Origin: a virus
Lineage: Duplodnaviria; Heunggongvirae; Uroviricota; Caudoviricetes
Reading direction: 5' to 3' (one strand)
IMG/VR virus record: IMGVR_UViG_3300000517_000001
DNA length: 38,245 nt
Shown one piece after another: positions 34,224-38,245 of this stretch; the stretch's first letter is position 1; each line of letters begins with the position of its first letter. The notes under the pieces are model-generated. The model was not told the DNA's origin. It searched no databases and worked only from the letters and a program-made list of their open reading frames with translations. A program made the translations under genes and the position numbers.

Positions 34224-34658
34224 GACAGGCTCATCTGGAGTTGTTGGTCTTGTAGGCCAAGAAACATTCCAAGGATCTATGTTGTTGGTGTTATTATAAA
34301 TGTTTCTTAAAGCTTGTCTGTATGAAACTATATTAGGATCTACTGGAGTGCTTTGTTCATATGCCTTAAGAACTTTAAAATCGGTTTCTGCTAAAAGCTT
34401 TAAACAAGTCTCTCGGACAATTCTCCATTGTGCATCTTCTTCGGTACCATTAGGAGGTCTTACAGACCAATTATTTCCATCCCAATCAAGTTTATTAGGA
34501 TAAGTAACTGATGGAGGATTTGATACTTCAATCCATCCAGCATCTGCAATTTCTTCTGCAGTGAATGTAGTTTTATCTGTTCTTGTTTTTCCATTTGATA
34601 AAACAATTCTATTTGGTAACTGTCTTGGCCATTCGCCATTATGAGAATAAAGTGACAT
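34221..34658 (-). CDS. Phage tail fibre assembly chaperone
   Basis: C-terminal WRIVRETCLKLLAETDF...YRQALRNI...WPTRP, the Phage_tail_APC-like pattern. Confidence 0.75.
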   Translation of the reverse strand: MSLYSHNGEWPRQLPNRIVLSNGKTRTDKTTFTAEEIADAGWIEVSNPPSVTYPNKLDWDGNNWSVRPPNGTEEDAQWRIVRETCLKLLAETDFKVLKAYEQSTPVDPNIVSYRQALRNIYNNTNNIDPWNVSWPTRPTTPDEPV

Positions 34659-34667
34659 GATATTTCC

Positions 34668-35405
34668 TTAAGCTATTACATCTAAATATATATTTAATGT
34701 TCCAATATCGGTTCCTTCACGTCCCTCATAAAACGTTAAGGTTGGATTGTTAGATAACGTAACTTGAGGTGATCTTAACCAAAATGTGTATCCTGGATTA
34801 TTTGCCGGACTTGAGGTTTCAGTATACACAAAAAAAGATCCAGCAAACGCTCCTAAGTTTCCTGTTGAACCTGAAGGTGTATTACCATTTGCTCTATTCC
34901 AACTTGCTGCACTATTGCCAGTACCAAGATTACTCCATGATACAGAACTATATAAGGCCGTATCAACTGTACTAGTTTGAAATCCTTCTTCTCCAGACTC
35001 AAATGTATACAATGTACCGTCTAAGTCAATATTATCTATTTGAATATCACCTCTAAAGCTTCCTCCATTTTCATATTGAAAAACTAATTGACATGTTGCC
35101 CCGGCATATAAAGATATATCAACAGATCTTTGGGACCAAGAAATGTTTTGGCCAGAAATAGAAAATAAAGAAGGAGAAAGTCCTAAATTATAACTAGGTG
35201 CTTGAGATTTTGGAAATTGGTTTGTGGCTGTTAAATCCCAAATACCTTTACCGTGAATATATTCAAATTCTTGGATAATATCAGGAAAAATTACCGGTAC
35301 TTCATCTTCATCTTCTGGGTCATCATCCTCTTTTATTGCATCCCATCTATCTTTAAAAAGTTTCTTACCTTTACGAAATCCACCAAATCTACTTCTACAA
35401 CTCAT
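34668..35405 (-). CDS. Virion-associated protein with MAM-like domain
   Basis: GDIQIDNIDL, TPSGSTG, FFVYTETS, WLRSP and GTLNIY motifs; N-terminal GIWDL motif shared with the neighbouring gene. Confidence 0.55.
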   Translation of the reverse strand: MSCRSRFGGFRKGKKLFKDRWDAIKEDDDPEDEDEVPVIFPDIIQEFEYIHGKGIWDLTATNQFPKSQAPSYNLGLSPSLFSISGQNISWSQRSVDISLYAGATCQLVFQYENGGSFRGDIQIDNIDLDGTLYTFESGEEGFQTSTVDTALYSSVSWSNLGTGNSAASWNRANGNTPSGSTGNLGAFAGSFFVYTETSSPANNPGYTFWLRSPQVTLSNNPTLTFYEGREGTDIGTLNIYLDVIA

Positions 35406-37033
35406 TATACATCTCCAGTGTTAGTGGAAGGGAAAGACCTACCGGTTCCCCAAATTATTCTAACTGCGCCATTTGCGCCGTCACCACCAGGACTTACTTC
35501 AACACCATCACCAGCACCACCGGCACCATATAATCCACCGTTAAACGTACCATTAGCACCGCCCGAGCCACCATCACCGGAAGAATCTTGACCACCAGCA
35601 GCACCACTAGCACCTTCTCCTAATATACCGACACCGCCGCCGCCTCTTGAAGTATTTGAAATACCTCCTCCTCCGCCGCCACCCGCACCGCCTTGGCCGG
35701 ATGTAGCTGACGTGGGATTAGCAGCTGAGCCGCCATCACCACCGTTTCCGGAATAACCCCCAGCGCCGCCTCCACCACCGCCACTTTCTTCACCATTACG
35801 ATCAAATCCTGCACCACCGGAGCCACCGGAGCCACCGGAGCCAATTACCACTGCTCCACCATTACCGCCACCATTTCTATTTTGACCACCTGCGCCACCA
35901 CCTGCCTCTACTAAAGCAGTTAAACCGCGTTCTAACCGAGAATTACCTCCAGCTGTACCATTCCCTCCGCTGGGGCCACCATTTCCTCCAGCTCCGACTA
36001 CTGCTGTTAATGTTTCTCCGGGAGTCACAGAAATATTATTGACATAAGCGAGAGCACCCCCGCCTCCACCGCCACCAGTTTCGTCGACTTCTTCAGAGCC
36101 ACCGCCACCACCGCCAGCTCCAACAGCTACTACAGAGATTGAGGTAACCCCGGTCGGTACAACCCATGCATTTGCACCTGTTGTTGTAAATTGAACTTGA
36201 CCTGGAGCAGCTTCTTGTACAGCACTACCTAATGATTCAGCAACGGCAGAAAGATCCCAAATACCAGAATTTCTTTTATTACCTTCTAAACTCCCACCGC
36301 TATATGCAACAGCAACAATGGCATCCCCTTGAGTGTTAGATGCCCCTGACCTGTTAAATGTGATCGTAGTAATACCGACAGCATCGGTGCTGTACATAGC
36401 ATCACCAGACCCGGATCCGTTTACAACACCGGTTGTTTCTGTTAATGTTCCATTGGATATACTAAAACTATGGCCTTGGTCATTTGAAAAATATGCACTT
36501 GATATAATCATATCACCAGAGTTAACTGTGACGTCCGTGCTTATAGATGGTTGGCCTGATGTTTCGTTTTCTGAACTATCAGATAATGATGCACCAGCAC
36601 CGCCGACGAGTCTATAAAAAATAAAAGATTGCCTGGCTAGACCAATTGCATATTCCATATTTATATTAACACTAGCATTTCCTGCAACTACTGAGCCTTC
36701 AATCCTACTAATTGATACATGTGCTGCCCCAGCAGCGTTTGTGGTTGATCGGTCAAACGTAGCAGGTGTTCCTTCGGCTGTTAATGTTACAATAGAATTG
36801 TTGTTTTGACCCCCACCAGTTTCACCTTGAGTTGTAATGATTAAAGCATCGTTTGCGGTTATAGTAGAACAATCAACCGTTGCGGAGTAAATAGTGCTGG
36901 CCCCATTTACCGATACAGATATAAGTTCCACATTCGTCGGACCTGCAGCGCCTGGAACGCTATAACGTTCTTCAGAATTGAAATCTAAAGTTACACCAAT
37001 CATACCGCCATTTCTGAAATAAGGTACTAACAT
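35405..37033 (-). CDS. Glycine-rich tail-fibre-associated protein
   Basis: RNGGMIG and SGIWDL motifs; C-terminal FTTTGANAWVVPTGVTSISVVAVGAGGGG...GANGAVRIIW glycine-rich domain. Confidence 0.75.
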   Translation of the reverse strand: MLVPYFRNGGMIGVTLDFNSEERYSVPGAAGPTNVELISVSVNGASTIYSATVDCSTITANDALIITTQGETGGGQNNNSIVTLTAEGTPATFDRSTTNAAGAAHVSISRIEGSVVAGNASVNINMEYAIGLARQSFIFYRLVGGAGASLSDSSENETSGQPSISTDVTVNSGDMIISSAYFSNDQGHSFSISNGTLTETTGVVNGSGSGDAMYSTDAVGITTITFNRSGASNTQGDAIVAVAYSGGSLEGNKRNSGIWDLSAVAESLGSAVQEAAPGQVQFTTTGANAWVVPTGVTSISVVAVGAGGGGGGSEEVDETGGGGGGGALAYVNNISVTPGETLTAVVGAGGNGGPSGGNGTAGGNSRLERGLTALVEAGGGAGGQNRNGGGNGGAVVIGSGGSGGSGGAGFDRNGEESGGGGGGAGGYSGNGGDGGSAANPTSATSGQGGAGGGGGGGISNTSRGGGGVGILGEGASGAAGGQDSSGDGGSGGANGTFNGGLYGAGGAGDGVEVSPGGDGANGAVRIIWGTGRSFPSTNTGDV

Positions 37034-37398
37034 TATGCGTCGTCAATTATCTCATATGAACAAATTGCTTGAAGATCTCCAGCTGCACTAGCAGTAACAC
37101 GAAGACTATCACCTTCTTCAAGATAAAGGCCCACATCTTTTGAAATTACAACAAGTGAAGCATCAGCAGGAACAGTAATTGTACTTGCAATCCGATAAGC
37201 TGTAGAACTTCGAAATAAATCTACAGTAACATCCGCATCATTGACACCATCAATGTTAGACACTACCAATGAATTTACTTTATACACTTGCCCTGATGCT
37301 GCAGAATTTGTGGTAATTGCTGCAGCAGTTGTTCCAACATCTAATACATCAGTCTTTCCGGTAATTGTTGTTACACTTACGACGTTTGGTGCTACCAT
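37033..37398 (-). CDS. Small virion structural protein
   Basis: Beta-rich 121-aa ORF with an SD; LVVSNIDG, TVPADASL and LYLEEGDSL motifs. Confidence 0.65.
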   Translation of the reverse strand: MVAPNVVSVTTITGKTDVLDVGTTAAAITTNSAASGQVYKVNSLVVSNIDGVNDADVTVDLFRSSTAYRIASTITVPADASLVVISKDVGLYLEEGDSLRVTASAAGDLQAICSYEIIDDA

Positions 37399-37410
37399 TT
37401 TATAATCTCC

Positions 37411-38244
37411 TTATCCAAATACTATTGCCATTGCAATGGCTTTACCTGTTGTGATTCCACCGCCAGTTCCTGTAGAGTCAGTGTCATTTACCCAATTAGC
37501 TCCGTTATATTTTAAAACTTGACCACTTGTTGGGGATGTTATAGAAACATCACTAACATTATTTAATGCTACAGTAGTTAAATAATTTTGTAAATCACTG
37601 ATCTGTGATTCAGTAATACTTAAAGCAGCTTGATGCTGTGTAACACTTGTTTCAGTAATGTTGGCATCGGGTACATTTGCCCAAGTAACGCTTGCGGTTA
37701 AATCATTTGTTTCTGTTTGTATATATCTTGCATCACCTTCGGTTTGGGTCAAATACTCGGCTGGAATAGAAGTAAGAAAAGGACTCAAATCAGGCGGTGT
37801 GTAAGTAAATGTATTATTAGCAGAGGTAAATACTAACGAGCCATCACCCGCTGGAGCAGGTTCCGGAGCAATAGAAATATCTGCAGAGGAAATATAAGAA
37901 CCTAAATCGGTAATTTGCGACTCTGTAATACTTAAATTAGCTTGATATTGAGTAACATCTGCTTCTGTTACGGTATATCCCGTAATATATCCTGGATCAT
38001 TTGTGAATGATGATAAACTTGTTGGAGCTCCGGTTAGGCTACTATAGTTTCCGTCAAATAACAACCCAGTTCCGTCAGTTAAATCACTAACATCAGATGG
38101 TATATTAGGAGTATTTAAAAGATCACCATAAGATCCAGACGTCGCTACCGTTGCAAGATTTGCGCTTTCGGCAAAACCGCTTAAATCAGGTGGTGTATAT
38201 GTAAAAACACCTGTACTATTATTATAAGTTATGCTCCCATCACC
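37411..38244 (-). CDS. Tail-fibre-like protein, 5' end beyond window
   Basis: The frame stays open upstream of the track's TTG start at 38064 up to the window edge (GDGSITYNNSTGVFTYTPPDLSGFAESANLATVATSGSYGDLLNTP...). It shares repeats with the 995-aa fibre. Confidence 0.75.
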   Translation of the reverse strand, partial: GDGSITYNNSTGVFTYTPPDLSGFAESANLATVATSGSYGDLLNTPNIPSDVSDLTDGTGLLFDGNYSSLTGAPTSLSSFTNDPGYITGYTVTEADVTQYQANLSITESQITDLGSYISSADISIAPEPAPAGDGSLVFTSANNTFTYTPPDLSPFLTSIPAEYLTQTEGDARYIQTETNDLTASVTWANVPDANITETSVTQHQAALSITESQISDLQNYLTTVALNNVSDVSITSPTSGQVLKYNGANWVNDTDSTGTGGGITTGKAIAMAIVFG

Positions 38245-38245
38245 A

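Larger units (their letters stand above)
33406..37956 (-). repeat. Dispersed 66-nt coding repeat (VTQHQAALSITESQISDL) in two fibre genes
   Basis: Copies at 33406-33471, 33547-33612, 37579-37644 and 37891-37956. The peptide is near-identical while the DNA differs mostly at synonymous positions. Confidence 0.85.

Noticed and set aside
35480-36130. GC-rich (CCG/CCA)n repeats as a CRISPR array or tandem-repeat element
   Set aside because: They are glycine codons of the Gly-rich domain, with no fixed-length repeat-spacer structure.
322-36617. All plus-strand ORFs in the track (e.g. 8364-8798, 11417-11941, 22034-22558, 27712-28272)
   Set aside because: They lie antisense to well-supported minus-strand genes, lack SD sequences and recognisable motifs, and look like shadow ORFs.
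37411-38064. 217-aa ORF starting at TTG 38064 as a complete gene
   Set aside because: The frame is open to the window edge with fibre-type sequence, so this is the 3' part of a longer gene.
1-38245. tRNA, rRNA or CRISPR loci
   Set aside because: Intergenic gaps are almost all under 100 nt and are accounted for by promoters and terminators; no cloverleaf or repeat-spacer pattern was seen.

Overview
This window is a segment of a T4-like (Tevenvirinae/Kyanoviridae-type) myophage genome with every supported gene on the minus strand. Reading in transcription order (right to left), it has four parts. (1) Tail-fibre, adhesin and chaperone genes (38245-28267). (2) The conserved neck, packaging, tail and head module gp13-14-15-16-17-18-19-20-67-68-21-22-23-3, driven by TATAAATA late promoters. 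(3) uvsY-uvsW-gp55-gp47-gp46. (4) A roughly 9.6 kb nucleotide-metabolism and DNA-modification locus (9603 to window start). The main find is in that last locus. A dCMP hydroxymethylase (gp42-like) lies upstream of a translationally coupled run of GalE, a T4 beta-glucosyltransferase-like GT-B enzyme, UDP-galactopyranose mutase (Glf) and an atypical C5-cytosine methyltransferase. A second GT-A glycosyltransferase, a miniature SMUG/MUG-like glycosylase, MazG-like enzymes and a PD-(D/E)xK nuclease sit alongside. This reads as a complete pathway for putting a furanose sugar (probably galactofuranose) on 5-hydroxymethylcytosine in phage DNA. Other observations are promoter-in-loop hairpins that would sequester ribosome-binding sites, a perfect-consensus antisense promoter facing uvsW, three tandem C1q-like paralogs and a circularly permuted MAM domain. 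All family assignments come from motif recognition by eye and recalled reference sequences; no searches were run.
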